64,000 nucleotides of DNA from an uncultured delta proteobacterium (GCA_963764695.1 CAVXTW010000015.1:349845-413844), one strand, 5' to 3'. Numbered from the stretch's first letter, positions 17,434 to 29,886 are shown. A program made the numbers and translations. The notes: generated from the sequence alone by a model not told the origin.

Positions 17434-18258
17434 ATGTCCACCAGTCTGCGCGGCAAGACGCTCTTCATCACCGGCGCCAGCCGGGGCATCGGCAAGGCGA
17501 TCGGCGAGCGCGCCGCACGCGACGGCGCCAACGTCGTCATCGCGGCCAAGACCGCCGAGCCGCACCCGAAGCTGCCCGGCACCATCTACACCGCGGCCGA
17601 GGAGATCGAGAAGGCCGGCGGGCGCGCGCTCGCGCTGGTGTGCGACATCCGCTTCGAGGATCAGGTCGCCGCCGCCGTCGCCAGGGCGGTGGAGACGTTC
17701 GGCGGCATCGACATCCTGGTCAACAACGCCAGCGCCATCAGCCTGACCGGCACGCTGGCCACGCCGATGAAGCGCTTCGACCTGATGCACCAGATCAACA
17801 CGCGCGGCACCTACGCCTGCTCGCAGGCCTGCATCCCGCACCTCCAGAAGGCGGAGAACCCGCACATCCTCAACCTGTCGCCGCCGCTCAACATGGAGGC
17901 GCGCTGGTTCGCCGGTCACGTGGCCTACACCATGGCCAAGTTCGGCATGAGCATGTGCGTGCTCGGCATGGCCGAGGAGCTGCGCGGCTCCGGCATCGCG
18001 GTCAACGCGCTGTGGCCGCGCACCGTCATCGCCACCGCGGCGGTGCAGAACCTGCTCGGCGGCGACGAGGTGGTCAAGCGCTCGCGCAAGCCGGAGATCA
18101 TGGCCGACGCCGCCCACGTCATCCTGACGCGCAAGTCGCGCGAGTTCACCGGCAACTTCTGCATCGACGACGAGGTCCTGGCCTCGGCCGGGGTGACCGA
18201 CCTGTCTCCCTACGCCTACGATCCGGCGGCTCAGCTTCTCCCTGACTTCTTCATCTGA
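17434..18258 (+). CDS. SDR-family oxidoreductase (HSDL2-like)
   Basis: Cofactor motif TGASRGIGKAIG. Motifs NNAS, Y…K active site (YTMAK). KTAEPHPKLPGTIYTAAEEIE characteristic of the HSDL2 subfamily. Confidence 0.85.
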   Translation: MSTSLRGKTLFITGASRGIGKAIGERAARDGANVVIAAKTAEPHPKLPGTIYTAAEEIEKAGGRALALVCDIRFEDQVAAAVARAVETFGGIDILVNNASAISLTGTLATPMKRFDLMHQINTRGTYACSQACIPHLQKAENPHILNLSPPLNMEARWFAGHVAYTMAKFGMSMCVLGMAEELRGSGIAVNALWPRTVIATAAVQNLLGGDEVVKRSRKPEIMADAAHVILTRKSREFTGNFCIDDEVLASAGVTDLSPYAYDPAAQLLPDFFI

Positions 18259-18279
18259 TCCAGCCGCACCGTAGTGCAC

Positions 18280-18442
18280 CCGCACTCGTACTCGTACTCG
18301 TGCGCGTGCGCGTACTCGTGCGCGTGCGCGATGAGGGCAGACTCGCTCTGCAGGGTCAGCCGAGTACGAGTAGGTGTACGAGTACGAGTACGTGTACGTG
18401 TACGCGCACGCGCACGCGCACGAGGACGCGCACGAGGACGGG
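18280..18442. repeat. imperfect long palindrome built from (ACTCGT)n/(GCGCGT)n hexamers facing (ACGAGT)n/(ACGCGC)n; putative bidirectional terminator / REP-like element
   Basis: Left arm cgcactcgtactcgtactcgtgcgcgtgcgcg…. Right arm …cgagtacgagtacgtgtacgtgtacgcgcacgcgcacg. Sits between convergent genes ending at 18258 (+) and 18458 (-). Confidence 0.6.
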
Positions 18443-18457
18443 CCGCGGACTCAATCT

Positions 18458-20875
18458 TCACTGTGAGCGCAGGGCCTCGACCGGATCCACTCGCGTGGCC
18501 GCTCGCGTCGGTGGCCAGCTGGCCAGGAGGCCGATGAGCATGAGCCCGCCGCCGACCACGCCGAAGGTGGTCGGGTCCCACGGGCTCACGCCGAACAGCA
18601 TCGACGAGAGCACCCGCGCCCCGGCCAGCGCGCCAGCCAGCCCGAACGCCACGCCGGCGCCGACCAGCACGGCGGCGCGGCCGACCACCAGCCGCACGAT
18701 GTCGGACTGGCCGGCCCCGACCGCGCGGCGGATGCCGATCTCGTGCGTGCGCTGGCGAACCGTGTACGACAGAACGCCGTAGATGCCGATCGCGGTCAGG
18801 AGCAGCGCGAGGCCGGCGAACGCACCGACCAGAAGGGCCGGGAAGCGGCGCACGAACATCCACGGCGCCCGCGCCATCCGCCCCTCCATGCTCTCGATCT
18901 CGAACACCGGGATGCTCGCGTCGAACTTCTTGATCACGCGCGCGATGTCGTTGCCGCTCACCGTGCCGCGCACGACCAGACTGATGCCGCTGTTGGGCCC
19001 CTGGTCGTAGGGTAGATAGACCGCCGGCCGCACCTGCGCGTCGAGCGGGCCGAGCTGCTCGTCGGCCACCACGCCGACGATGCGCCGGGGCTTCTCGGTC
19101 TTCGCATAGGTGAAGATGACGTGCTTGCCGACCGCGCCGCCCGGGAAGTAGAGGTCGGCCAGCGTCTGGTTGACGATCAGCACCTGCTCGCCGCCGTGGC
19201 GATCGCCCAGGTCGAAGGGGCGGCCATCGCGCAGGCGGATGCCCATCGTGTCGAAGTAGCCGGGGCTGATGTCGCGGATGTTGGCCTCCGGCTCCAGCTC
19301 GCCGGGTGGCGGCGGCTTGCCCTCGACGACGAAGCGAATGGTGGTGCCGCCGTCGCCCAGCGGCAGCCTGCTGGCGCTCGCCGCGCCGCGGGCACCCGGC
19401 AGGGCCGCCAGCCGGCTCAGGATCTCGGCATGCGCCGCGTTTGCCTGCTGCTCGTCCTCGTACGAGTCCGGCAAGGTGATGCGCGCGGTCATGAGCTCTC
19501 GCGTGTCGAAGCCGGGATCCATCGCCAGCACCTCGAGCAGGCTGCGCGCGACCAGACCGGCACCGACGAGGAGCAGGAAGGCCAGCGCCACCTCGCTCAC
19601 CACCAGCGCGTCGCGCAGGCGACTGCGCCGCGGATCCGCCGAGGCGCGTCCGTCGGCCTTGAGCACGTCGCCCAGATCCGGCCGCGACGCGCGCGACGCG
19701 CTCACCACGCCGACCGAGACGCCGGTGGCCAGCGCCAGCGCGAACGTCACCAGAAGCGCGATGCCGTCGATGTGCGCGTCGGCCAGGAACGGCATGCTCT
19801 GCAGCACCGACGCCGGCACCGTGGCGATGAGCGCGTCGAGCGCCCACAGGGCCAGGACCACGCCCAGCACGCCTCCGGCCACGGCGTAGAGCACCGCCTC
19901 GGTGGCGAGCAGCGCGACGAGGTTGCGTCCGCTGGCGCCCAGGGCCGCGCGCACCGCCAGCTCCTTGCCGCGCGCCAGATGCCGGGCGAGAAGGAGATTT
20001 GCGATGTTGGCGCACGCGATGAGCAGGACCAGGCCCGCGGTGCCGAGCAGGAGCAGCATGATCGGCCGCGCCTTGCCCAGGATCTCGTCGGCCAGCGGCA
20101 CGACAACGGCCCCGCCGCCCACGTTTGTGTCGGGATAGGTGGCGGCGAGCCGCCCGGCGATGGCGCTTGCCTCGGCCTGGGCCGCCTCGCGGGTGACGCC
20201 CGGCGCCAGCCGCGCGATGACATTGACCCAGTGAAGGTTGCGGCGCTCGCGCATGCCGCCCTCGGGGCGCGCCGCCATCCACACCGCCGGCTCGCCGGCC
20301 GGCGCGAAGACGAAGCCGGGCGCGAGCACGCCGACGATGGCGGTCGGCTGGCCGTCGATCGTCATGGTCTTGCCCAGCACGCGGCGGTCGCCGTCGAAGC
20401 GGGACTGCCAGGTGCCGTGCGACAGCACCGCGACGCGCTCGGCCCCGGGTGCGTCGTCGCGCGGCTCGAGCAGGCGGCCGAGCGCGGCCCGCGCGTCCAG
20501 CATGCGGAAGAAGTCGCCCATGGCCACACCGGCGCTGATCATCTCGGCGCCGTCGGTGGTGGTCAGCGTGAACGAGCGGTCGCCGTAGGCGGCGATGCCG
20601 TCGTACGAGCGCATGCCGGCGCGCCAGTCGAGGTAGTTCGGGTACGACGCCTCCATGCGGGCGAAGTCCTTGCGCGCCCGCGTCTCGAACAGCGCCACCA
20701 GCCGCTCGGGCGCCGGATAGGGCAGCCCGCGCCGCAAGGTCGCGTCGGCGACGGTGAAGATGGCCGTGTTGGCGCCGATGCCGACCGCGAAGGTCAGCAT
20801 CACCAGGACGGCGAAGCCCGGCCGGGCCGCCGCGCCCCGCAGAGTCGCGCGCAGCGCATCGCGCAGTACCTTCAT
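18458..20875 (-). CDS. ABC transporter permease, FtsX/MacB-like with duplicated permease domains (ADOP-type)
   Basis: 805 aa. N-terminal TM then large periplasmic domain then 3 TM, repeated twice. Typical MKVLRDALRATLR… start of MacB-like permeases. Confidence 0.85.
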   Translation of the reverse strand: MKVLRDALRATLRGAAARPGFAVLVMLTFAVGIGANTAIFTVADATLRRGLPYPAPERLVALFETRARKDFARMEASYPNYLDWRAGMRSYDGIAAYGDRSFTLTTTDGAEMISAGVAMGDFFRMLDARAALGRLLEPRDDAPGAERVAVLSHGTWQSRFDGDRRVLGKTMTIDGQPTAIVGVLAPGFVFAPAGEPAVWMAARPEGGMRERRNLHWVNVIARLAPGVTREAAQAEASAIAGRLAATYPDTNVGGGAVVVPLADEILGKARPIMLLLLGTAGLVLLIACANIANLLLARHLARGKELAVRAALGASGRNLVALLATEAVLYAVAGGVLGVVLALWALDALIATVPASVLQSMPFLADAHIDGIALLVTFALALATGVSVGVVSASRASRPDLGDVLKADGRASADPRRSRLRDALVVSEVALAFLLLVGAGLVARSLLEVLAMDPGFDTRELMTARITLPDSYEDEQQANAAHAEILSRLAALPGARGAASASRLPLGDGGTTIRFVVEGKPPPPGELEPEANIRDISPGYFDTMGIRLRDGRPFDLGDRHGGEQVLIVNQTLADLYFPGGAVGKHVIFTYAKTEKPRRIVGVVADEQLGPLDAQVRPAVYLPYDQGPNSGISLVVRGTVSGNDIARVIKKFDASIPVFEIESMEGRMARAPWMFVRRFPALLVGAFAGLALLLTAIGIYGVLSYTVRQRTHEIGIRRAVGAGQSDIVRLVVGRAAVLVGAGVAFGLAGALAGARVLSSMLFGVSPWDPTTFGVVGGGLMLIGLLASWPPTRAATRVDPVEALRSQ

Positions 20876-21033
20876 GATGCCCGGTCGAGCAAGCGCTGTG
20901 CCGGCTCAACCTGTCGGAATGCCTTCAGTCGTTCGGCTCGCGCAGGCACCAACCTGGGACGCCTGTTTCGCTTCCGGGACGCGAGGGTGCGGGCGCTCCG
21001 GCGGCGGGCCCTCAGCGAGTCTCGAGCCCCGTT

Positions 21034-22345
21034 TCAGCGCGCCGCGCGAACCGCCTGCTCGAACACGGCCGCAAACTGTGCGGCCTGGGCCCGACGGTGA
21101 TAGCGCTCGATGTCCACCGGATCGACCGCCGGGGCCGGCTCGCCGGCGCGAAAGCGGCGCAGGGCCGCGGCCAGGTGCGCCGCGATCGCCTCCTCGTCGC
21201 GCGGCGCGATGACCGTGCCGAGCCGGTGCCGCCGGCACAGGTCGGCCAGCGCGCCCGGCGGCGCCAGGGTCAGACAGGGCCGCCGCAGGTACATCAGCTC
21301 GAAGATCTTGGCCGGGTAGATCTTCTCCGCGCCCGGCACCTCGTCGAGCAGGCACAGCACCATGTGCGACGCGGCCAGCTCGCGCACCACCTCGTCCTTG
21401 TCGAGGTAGCCGCGCCGCACCACGCCGAGCGCCTCGCTCCCTTCAAAATGCGCGGCCTCGGTGTCGACGATGCGCCCGATGAAGCGCACCTCGAGCAGCC
21501 GCGCCAGCTCCGGGTTCTTCCCGGTGCAGCCGCCGCAGCGCGCCGAGCAGGCCCTGCGGCGAGGTGAGCTTGAACAGCGTGCCGGCGTAGGTGACGACGA
21601 AGCGATCGGTCGGCGGGGCCGGCCGCTCGGCGGGCGGCGGATAGTCGTCCGGATCGTAGCCGTTCGGGATCGCATACACGCGGGCCGGATCGAGAAACGG
21701 AAAGTCGGCCAGCAGCCGGTCGCGAAACTCTTCGGTCGCGGTCGTGATCGCGTGGGCCGCGCGGACCAGGCCGCGCTCGAGGGCCGCGCCGACCACCGCC
21801 GAGGCGCGCCCCATCATCTCGTACGTGCTGCGATACGTGGCCCAGTCGTCCCGGTAGTCGAGCACCACCGCGGTCGGCCGCCGCGCCCGGGCCAGCGGCG
21901 CCAGCAGGAACTGCGAGAAGGGCGGCCCGCTGATGAACACGACGTCGTCGCGGCGCGGACCGGCCAGCCGCTGGCCCAGCACCACCTGCGCGTGCGGCTG
22001 CCACAGGATCTGTGGATCCGGGACCAGCGCCGCGCGCGCCAGCCCGCCGGCCAGGCCGACCAGGCTGCGCATCGCGCCGCGCTTCTTCGGCCCGCCGCCC
22101 TCGCTCTCCCAGGTCGCCTTCTTGAGGCCGTAGCCCGGCTCCAGCGTGCGCGCGCGGATGATCTCCATGTCCGGATCGACGTCGCGCATGAGCGACTCGT
22201 CGAACACCGGCACCGACGGATTGGCGCAGGTCAGCACCGACGGCTGCACACCCGCGTCCGGGAGATACTTGGCCAGCTTGAGAGTGCGCCCCACCCCGGC
22301 GCCCCCGACCGGAGGAAAGACATAGGAGACCAGCAGCGCGCGCAT
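21034..22345 (-). pseudogene. group-1 (GT4-like) glycosyltransferase interrupted by a +1 frameshift near nt 21511 (pseudogene or sequencing error)
   Basis: N-terminal part in ORF 21443..22345 (MRALLVSYVFPPVGGAGV…). C-terminal part continues in ORF 21034..21675 (…ELARLLEVRFIG…LDEVPGAEKIYPAKIFELMYLRRP). The join (…LRRLHREEP|ELARLL…) requires removal of one G in cccGgag. Confidence 0.6.
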
Positions 22346-22360
22346 CGAAGTAGAGCTCTC

Positions 22361-24565
22361 CTACTTGGAGCAGGCCGCCGCGTCCACGGCGATCGTCCCG
22401 CTCGGATCGGCCTTCGTCTGCCCGCCGCGCGCGACCTCGATGCGACACCCGCCCGCCGCCCGCGCCGCCGCTGCCTTGTACGTCTCGCCCGGCGCCAGCC
22501 CGACGATCACCGCGCGGCCCAGCTGTCCCGGCACCGCCGCCTGCCCGCCCGCGGCACCGCCGAACAGCACCGCCACCCGGGTCGCCTCGACCATGCCGAC
22601 CGCGCCGCTCAGCCCCTCGCCGCGCACCGCCGTCACCTGATCCGGGCCCGCGCCCGCGTTGGCCGCCCGCAGCCAGGTGCGGATGTGGCGCGACTCGGTG
22701 CCGCGCGGCGTGTCCACCTCGATGCGCCAGACGTCCCCGTCCGGCTTGTTGCCGATGTAGATGTGGTCGTCCTCGAGGGTCGGCTCCTTCACCGAGCGCA
22801 GCTGCCCGCCGGCGGGATCGAGCGAGTACACGTCCAGACGCGATCCACCCGTCCGCACGGACGCGCGCGTGCCGGCGATCTCGGGCGCGGCGCGAACATG
22901 TGCCGTCCAGGTCGCCCCGTAGCTGTCCTTTGTCAGCTCGATCTGATCATCGATGACGACGACGTTGGGCCGCACGTAGACGAGCGTCCGCATCACCTTT
23001 GTCACCGCGCGGTCGGGGCAGCCGCGCAGCACGCACTTCGGATCCCAGTTGTCGGTCAGGTCGCCGACCGCCACCGCCGCGACGCCGCCGTCGTGCCACC
23101 TGACCGTGCGCGACCTGCGCCCGTAGACAGCGTGGCTGGGCACGTAGCGCAGCACCTCGCCGCGATCGTCGATCAGGATCGAGTTGTGATTGATCGTGGC
23201 GTACGACCCCTCGTCGCCGAAGTCTGCGGTGAGCGCGTCCTTGCCCCGCCAGATCTCGAAGTGGCCCTGGTCGTTGTGCTGGTGATCGACCGCCACGCGC
23301 GAGCCGGCCTGCAGGGACACCCAGATGGCGTTCTCCTTCCAGCTCGAGCGCATGAAGGTCTGCCCCGGCCCGGGCAGGTGATAGCTCAGCACGTCGGCCG
23401 CGCGCGGGTCCTTCTCCTCGCCGTTCGGGTCGTCCGACGCGAACGCGAACCACATGCGCTCCTTGCGGTGCGGGGGCAGGAGGCGCCGCACCAGGAAGCG
23501 CGCGTGCGCCGCCGCCTCCACGTTCGACCAGCCGAGCACCAGCAGCGCGTCCATCAGCCCCGACGGATCCGGCGGCGGCGGCCGCTCCGACTGGGTCGCG
23601 TTGCCGTACACCGACTGCCGATCCGGGTGCATGCGGTGCAGGTGCGCGTCCACGATCTCGGCCAGCCACGGGAACCGCACCGAGTAGTCGGCGCCGGTTG
23701 ACGTGCGCAGCGCGTCCACCAGCAGCGACACCTCCATCGTGACCAGCTGGCCGTACTGCCAGCCCTCGGCCCACTCGCCGCCGCGCAGCCGGGCGCGGAA
23801 GCCGGGGATGAGCTTGCCCTCCAGCATGCCGTACATCTTCTCGAGCCACGCCTTCGCCTCGTCCGCCTCGCCGTCGGTGGCGATGCCGGCCATGGCCAGG
23901 GTCGTGAAGTAGCCCCAGAAGTAGTTCGAGTACGGGCTCTCGCGCAGGTAGCCCTGCTCCATGTACCAGTCGAGCCACGCGTCGAGCCGCTTGATGATGA
24001 GCGGGCGCAGCTCTTCCATGCCCGGCTCGTCGTGCAGCCAGTCGTAGGCCAGCGCCGCGTACACGCCGAAGGCGCGGATCGGGTAGCCGGAGTTGCCGTG
24101 GATGACGTTGTCTCCGCCCTTGCCGTCGCCCACCCGCTGCTGGTCCTCGACCAGCGCGCGCACGTACTTGATCGCCCGGTCGCGGTAGCGCTTGTCTCCG
24201 GTGGCGTACCAGCACGTGGTCAGCGCGCCGATCGCGTCGCCCCACTGCAGCCCGAGGTAGCCGGCGCTGTTGTCATCCTCGTCGCGATAGAGCTGGCAGC
24301 GCTCCTCCATCTGGCGCCACATGGGCGAGCGCGCCTTCACCGCGGCCCGCATGCGCGCGACCGTCTCGGCGGTGAACAGGATGCGCGGGTGCTTGGTCGC
24401 CGACGGCGCCCGCTTCGCCACCGCGGCCGGCAGATCGACAGCCGGCGGGGGCACCGGATCGTAGACCGGCTCCTCGTCGTCGCCCGACCCCCGCCGGGAG
24501 ACGCCGCACGCCGACGCCAGGGCCGCCAGCAAGGCGAGCCCCGGCGCCCATCTCGCCGATCTCAA
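22361..24565 (-). CDS. polysaccharide lyase lipoprotein, alginate-lyase/heparinase II/III-like
   Basis: Lipobox LALLAALASACG. Alginate-lyase-like N-domain. C-terminal heparinase II/III-like block DHQHNDQGHFEIWRGKDALTADFG. Confidence 0.7.
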   Translation of the reverse strand: MRSARWAPGLALLAALASACGVSRRGSGDDEEPVYDPVPPPAVDLPAAVAKRAPSATKHPRILFTAETVARMRAAVKARSPMWRQMEERCQLYRDEDDNSAGYLGLQWGDAIGALTTCWYATGDKRYRDRAIKYVRALVEDQQRVGDGKGGDNVIHGNSGYPIRAFGVYAALAYDWLHDEPGMEELRPLIIKRLDAWLDWYMEQGYLRESPYSNYFWGYFTTLAMAGIATDGEADEAKAWLEKMYGMLEGKLIPGFRARLRGGEWAEGWQYGQLVTMEVSLLVDALRTSTGADYSVRFPWLAEIVDAHLHRMHPDRQSVYGNATQSERPPPPDPSGLMDALLVLGWSNVEAAAHARFLVRRLLPPHRKERMWFAFASDDPNGEEKDPRAADVLSYHLPGPGQTFMRSSWKENAIWVSLQAGSRVAVDHQHNDQGHFEIWRGKDALTADFGDEGSYATINHNSILIDDRGEVLRYVPSHAVYGRRSRTVRWHDGGVAAVAVGDLTDNWDPKCVLRGCPDRAVTKVMRTLVYVRPNVVVIDDQIELTKDSYGATWTAHVRAAPEIAGTRASVRTGGSRLDVYSLDPAGGQLRSVKEPTLEDDHIYIGNKPDGDVWRIEVDTPRGTESRHIRTWLRAANAGAGPDQVTAVRGEGLSGAVGMVEATRVAVLFGGAAGGQAAVPGQLGRAVIVGLAPGETYKAAAARAAGGCRIEVARGGQTKADPSGTIAVDAAACSK

Positions 24566-25158
24566 CCCGCGGGCTCCAGGAAGGACGGCACCGCCGCGTC
24601 GTCATCCACCAGCTGCTCGGCCGCCAGGGTGCGATCCGCCTGCAGCCACACCCGGTAGATCGGGATGATCTCGATCCCGGCCGAGCCGAGCGACCGCGTG
24701 GCGCCCTCGAGCTGGTGCTTGACGAAGAAGCTCGCCTCCCAGTTCATCCCCCAGTCCTTGAGGATGTTGAGCTCCTCCAGGAAGCCCACCCGCCGCAGGC
24801 CATGCCCGCGCAGGTCCGGGTCGGTCCAGGCGTCGTAGCCGTAGCCGCAGTCGGCCCGCAGCCGGACCTCGCACCCCGGCAGGCTCGGGTAGGCAGCGCT
24901 GTCGCGGTGGTGAAGCCAGGTGTAGCCCACGATGGCGCCATCACCCTCGGCGATCATCCAGTGATCGCCTCGCTCGAGCCGCTGGCGCATCTGCGCGATG
25001 TCCTCGTCGCCGTGATGCTTGCGGTTGACGCGGTCGATGTCTGCCTCGGTCCCCTTGACGAACTTCACCCGTGCGGACAGCCCCGTGGCGTTGGGATCGC
25101 GGCGGACGACGTCAGTGGAGCATTTACAGACGAATACTTCCCGGGCGAAGACCAGCAC
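24562..25158 (-). CDS. GNAT-family N-acetyltransferase (putative)
   Basis: Motif-A-like RGHGLRRVGFLEEL. Stop overlaps the start of the downstream lyase gene (ATGA). Confidence 0.45.
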   Translation of the reverse strand: MLVFAREVFVCKCSTDVVRRDPNATGLSARVKFVKGTEADIDRVNRKHHGDEDIAQMRQRLERGDHWMIAEGDGAIVGYTWLHHRDSAAYPSLPGCEVRLRADCGYGYDAWTDPDLRGHGLRRVGFLEELNILKDWGMNWEASFFVKHQLEGATRSLGSAGIEIIPIYRVWLQADRTLAAEQLVDDDAAVPSFLEPAG

Positions 25159-25213
25159 TCGGATATCGTACCAGATTGAAGGCTAGAGCCGAGCTGTGGT
25201 CTGCTCGACGGCA

Positions 25214-26512
<1,299 letters not shown>

Positions 26513-26514
26513 AC

Positions 26515-27552
26515 TTGCCTGGAAACGCATACGCCGAGGTCTGCCGCGAGCTACAGGGCTCGCCGCAGCGCTGGCTGGTCACCGGCGCTGCCGGCTTCAT
26601 CGGCTCGGCCCTGGTCGAGCAGCTCCTGCGCCTCGGTCAGGAGGTGGTCGGCATCGACAACCTCAGCACCGGGCGGCGGGCGAACCTGGACGACGTGCGC
26701 CGGGGGGTGGGCAGCGAGGCCGCCGCGCGCTTCGACTTCATCGAGGCCGACATCCGCGACCTCGAGTCGTGCCGCCGCGCCGCCCGCGGCGTGCACCTGT
26801 GCCTGCACCAGGCCGCGCTCGGCTCGGTGCCGCGCTCGGTCGAGGACCCGCTCGCCTCGCACCAGGCCAACGTCGACGGCTTCATCCACGTGCTGCTGGC
26901 CGCGCGCGACGCCGGCGTGCGGCGCGTGGTGTACGCCAGCTCGAGCTCGGTGTACGGCGATCACCCGGCCCTGCCCAAGGTCGAGGATGCGATCGGCGCG
27001 CCGCTGTCGCCCTACGCCGCGACAAAGCGGGTCGACGAGATCTACGCCGGCGTGTGGCAGCGGGCCTACGGGCTGGAGCTGATCGGGCTGCGCTACTTCA
27101 ACGTCTTCGGCCGCCGCCAGGATCCGGACGGCCCGTACGCCGCGGTCATCCCGCGCTGGATCAAGAGGCTGGCCGCCGGCGAGCCGTGCGTCATCTACGG
27201 CGACGGGATGCAGAGCCGGGACTTCTGCTACGTGGACAACGCGGTGCAGGCGAATCTACTGGCCGCGCTCGCCCCCGACCGGGCTGCCACCGGGCACATC
27301 TATAATGTTGGAGTCGGGGGCCGGACCACCCTGCTCGAGCTGCACCGGATGCTGCGCGATCGCGTGGCCACCCGGCGCCCGCCAGCGCAGGGCAGTGAGC
27401 CCCTGCACGCCGAGCCGCGGACCGGAGACGTCGTGCACTCGCAGGCGTCGATCGAGAAGGCCCGCAAGATCCTGCGCTTCGAGCCGACGGCGACCATCGA
27501 GGAAGGCCTGACGGCGACGGTGGACTGGTTTCTGGGCCACCCGAATGAGTAA
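26515..27552 (+). CDS. NAD-dependent sugar epimerase/dehydratase (WbpP/TviC-like UDP-GlcNAc 4-epimerase)
   Basis: Motif WLVTGAAGFIGSALVEQL. Catalytic YAATK. Starts (TTG/CTG, uncertain) directly after the dehydrogenase stop, suggesting an operon. Confidence 0.8.
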   Translation: MPGNAYAEVCRELQGSPQRWLVTGAAGFIGSALVEQLLRLGQEVVGIDNLSTGRRANLDDVRRGVGSEAAARFDFIEADIRDLESCRRAARGVHLCLHQAALGSVPRSVEDPLASHQANVDGFIHVLLAARDAGVRRVVYASSSSVYGDHPALPKVEDAIGAPLSPYAATKRVDEIYAGVWQRAYGLELIGLRYFNVFGRRQDPDGPYAAVIPRWIKRLAAGEPCVIYGDGMQSRDFCYVDNAVQANLLAALAPDRAATGHIYNVGVGGRTTLLELHRMLRDRVATRRPPAQGSEPLHAEPRTGDVVHSQASIEKARKILRFEPTATIEEGLTATVDWFLGHPNE

Positions 27553-27572
27553 GTCCAGTACCATTCGTTTGG

Positions 27573-28949
27573 ATGTTTATACCGGACGTGATCGAGGGTC
27601 ACTCGGTTAGTCTCCTGCGCGTGTCGTCGCTCCGGTCGTTTCTGATCCGCTCGCTGTTTCCCCTCGCCGTCGCCGCGCTGGCGCTGCCGGCATGCGTGGC
27701 CGACACATCCGGGCCGGGCGCGGAAGACGACGGCGCCGACGGCGACGACGGCAGCGGCGCCGACAAGGGGGACGACACCGACAGCCCAGGCGGCGATGAC
27801 GACGGCGATACCCCGGGAGACGACGACGACGGAGACGGAGACGGCGATGCCACTGATGGCGACGGCGACGACGCCAGCGGCGTGGACGCCACGACCCCGC
27901 TGGTGGACGCGGCGCCTCCCGACGCCGGCCCGCCCCCGCCCGAGGGTCCGTACCAGCTCCTGAGCGAGTCGGGCCTCTACAGCGACATCGTCAACAAGGT
28001 CCTGCGGCCCGACGTCACCGAGTTCGAGCCGGAGTTCAAGCTGTGGAGCGACGGCGCCGCCAAGCGGCGCTGGATCTACATGCCGGCCGGCACCCAGATC
28101 AATACCGCCCGGATGGACCGGTGGGTGGTGCTCCCCGGCACGACCGTGTGGAAGGAGTTCTCGGACCCGATCACCGGCAAGCGGCTCGAGACCCGCATCA
28201 TCCAGCGGCTGGCCGACGGCCAGTTCTACTTCGCCTCGTTCATCTGGAACGAGGACGACACCGAGGCGGTGTTCGACGACACCACGTCCCTCGAACCGGC
28301 GGTCAACATCCCGGCCGGCTGCTCGACGTGCGCGGACCCGCCGTGCGAGGTCTATCCGGCCGACTGCCACGTGGTGCCCAAATCGACCGAGTGCGTCCAG
28401 TGCCACGGCGGTGAGAGCAGCCGGCTGCTCGGCTTCAGCGCGGTGCAGCTGTCGCACGACGGGCCCGGCCTCACGCTGAGCGACCTGGCCGACCTGGACC
28501 TCCTGAGCGACCCGCCCGCCGGCGGGCAGACCTTCGCGGTGCCCGGCACGCCGGTCGAGCGCAACGCCATCGGCTACCTGCACGCCAACTGCGGCCACTG
28601 CCACTCGCCGGCGTCGGGCCAGAACGGATGCGAGTCGCTGACCGGATTCCAGGCGCGCGTGTTCCCGGACGACGTCGGCAGCGTCGAGGCCACGTCGGTC
28701 TACCAGACCGGCGTGGGTCAGCCGCTCGTCTTCTGGCTGGGCGAGGTGCGCGGCAACTTCACCGACATCACCGACCGCATCGTCCCGGGCGACCCGCAGG
28801 GCAGCGCGGTCTGGTACCGGATGAGCGTGCGCGAGTTCGGCCAGCTCGAGCCGCTCGACGACCACCAGCAGATGCCGTTCTCCTTCACCAACGAGGTGGA
28901 CGAGGACGGGCTCGCGGCGGTCGAGTTGTGGATCGACGCGCTGCCCTGA
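27573..28949 (+). CDS. putative di-heme c-type cytochrome lipoprotein with long acidic (D/G-rich) linker
   Basis: Signal/lipobox …LFPLAVAALALPAC. Two CxxCH motifs (ECVQCHGG; NCGHCHSP). Asp/Gly-rich low-complexity region after the lipobox. Confidence 0.55.
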   Translation: MFIPDVIEGHSVSLLRVSSLRSFLIRSLFPLAVAALALPACVADTSGPGAEDDGADGDDGSGADKGDDTDSPGGDDDGDTPGDDDDGDGDGDATDGDGDDASGVDATTPLVDAAPPDAGPPPPEGPYQLLSESGLYSDIVNKVLRPDVTEFEPEFKLWSDGAAKRRWIYMPAGTQINTARMDRWVVLPGTTVWKEFSDPITGKRLETRIIQRLADGQFYFASFIWNEDDTEAVFDDTTSLEPAVNIPAGCSTCADPPCEVYPADCHVVPKSTECVQCHGGESSRLLGFSAVQLSHDGPGLTLSDLADLDLLSDPPAGGQTFAVPGTPVERNAIGYLHANCGHCHSPASGQNGCESLTGFQARVFPDDVGSVEATSVYQTGVGQPLVFWLGEVRGNFTDITDRIVPGDPQGSAVWYRMSVREFGQLEPLDDHQQMPFSFTNEVDEDGLAAVELWIDALP

Positions 28950-28966
28950 GTTACGGTCCCGGCAAC

Positions 28967-29218
<252 letters not shown>

Positions 29219-29270
29219 AAGCCCGACGCGGCCGGGAAGTCGCCGGTCCGCGCGGGCGTAAGATCGCCAC

Positions 29271-29831
29271 ATGCGGGACCAGGCACAGGAGACCGAGCGC
29301 CAGGAGACCGAGGAGCTGGCGCAGAACAAGGATGCGGCGGCCGGCGCGCTCACCCCGACGCAGGGACAGGTGGAGGAGGTCCGGGCCGACGACCGGTCTC
29401 ACTTCTTCGCGGTCGCCAACTCGATGCTCATGGCCATGCACTGGCAGAGCCCCGAGCTGTTGACCGAGAAGCTGTCCCGCCGCGAGCACAACGCCATGAC
29501 GCTCATCTACGAGGCGCGCACGGCGCAGGAGACCGAGCTCGGCGCCGGCAAGATCTCGGCGCTCGAGCGCATGCGCTACCTCAACGAGGGTCTGGCCGGG
29601 CTGCAGGGCATCCTGGCCATGGCGCGCTCGCCCAACTTCCCCCAGGCGCGGTCTTACATCGAGGAGATCCGCAAGGCCATCGCGCGGCTCAAGGAAGAGA
29701 TCGCCCAGGCCATCGTCGCCGAGGAGCGGCGCAAGCGCCAAGAGCAGGACAAGAAGGAAGGCGAGAAGAAGAAGGGCGACGACGAGACCAAGGCCAAGAA
29801 GCAGGCCGAGGCCGAAGTCCGCAAGGCCTGA
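29271..29831 (+). CDS. hypothetical charged/coiled-coil protein
   Basis: ORF with K/E-rich C-terminus. No motif recognised. Confidence 0.4.
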   Translation: MRDQAQETERQETEELAQNKDAAAGALTPTQGQVEEVRADDRSHFFAVANSMLMAMHWQSPELLTEKLSRREHNAMTLIYEARTAQETELGAGKISALERMRYLNEGLAGLQGILAMARSPNFPQARSYIEEIRKAIARLKEEIAQAIVAEERRKRQEQDKKEGEKKKGDDETKAKKQAEAEVRKA

Positions 29832-29886
29832 CGCCGCGCTGTTGAACCGCGAAAGCGGGAAGGCCCCACAGCACCCGTCCTCGTAC

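Noticed and set aside
19121-23701. 659-aa and 746-aa plus-strand ORFs
   Set aside because: Lie antisense to the ABC permease, glycosyltransferase and lyase genes. Arg/His-rich nonsense translations.
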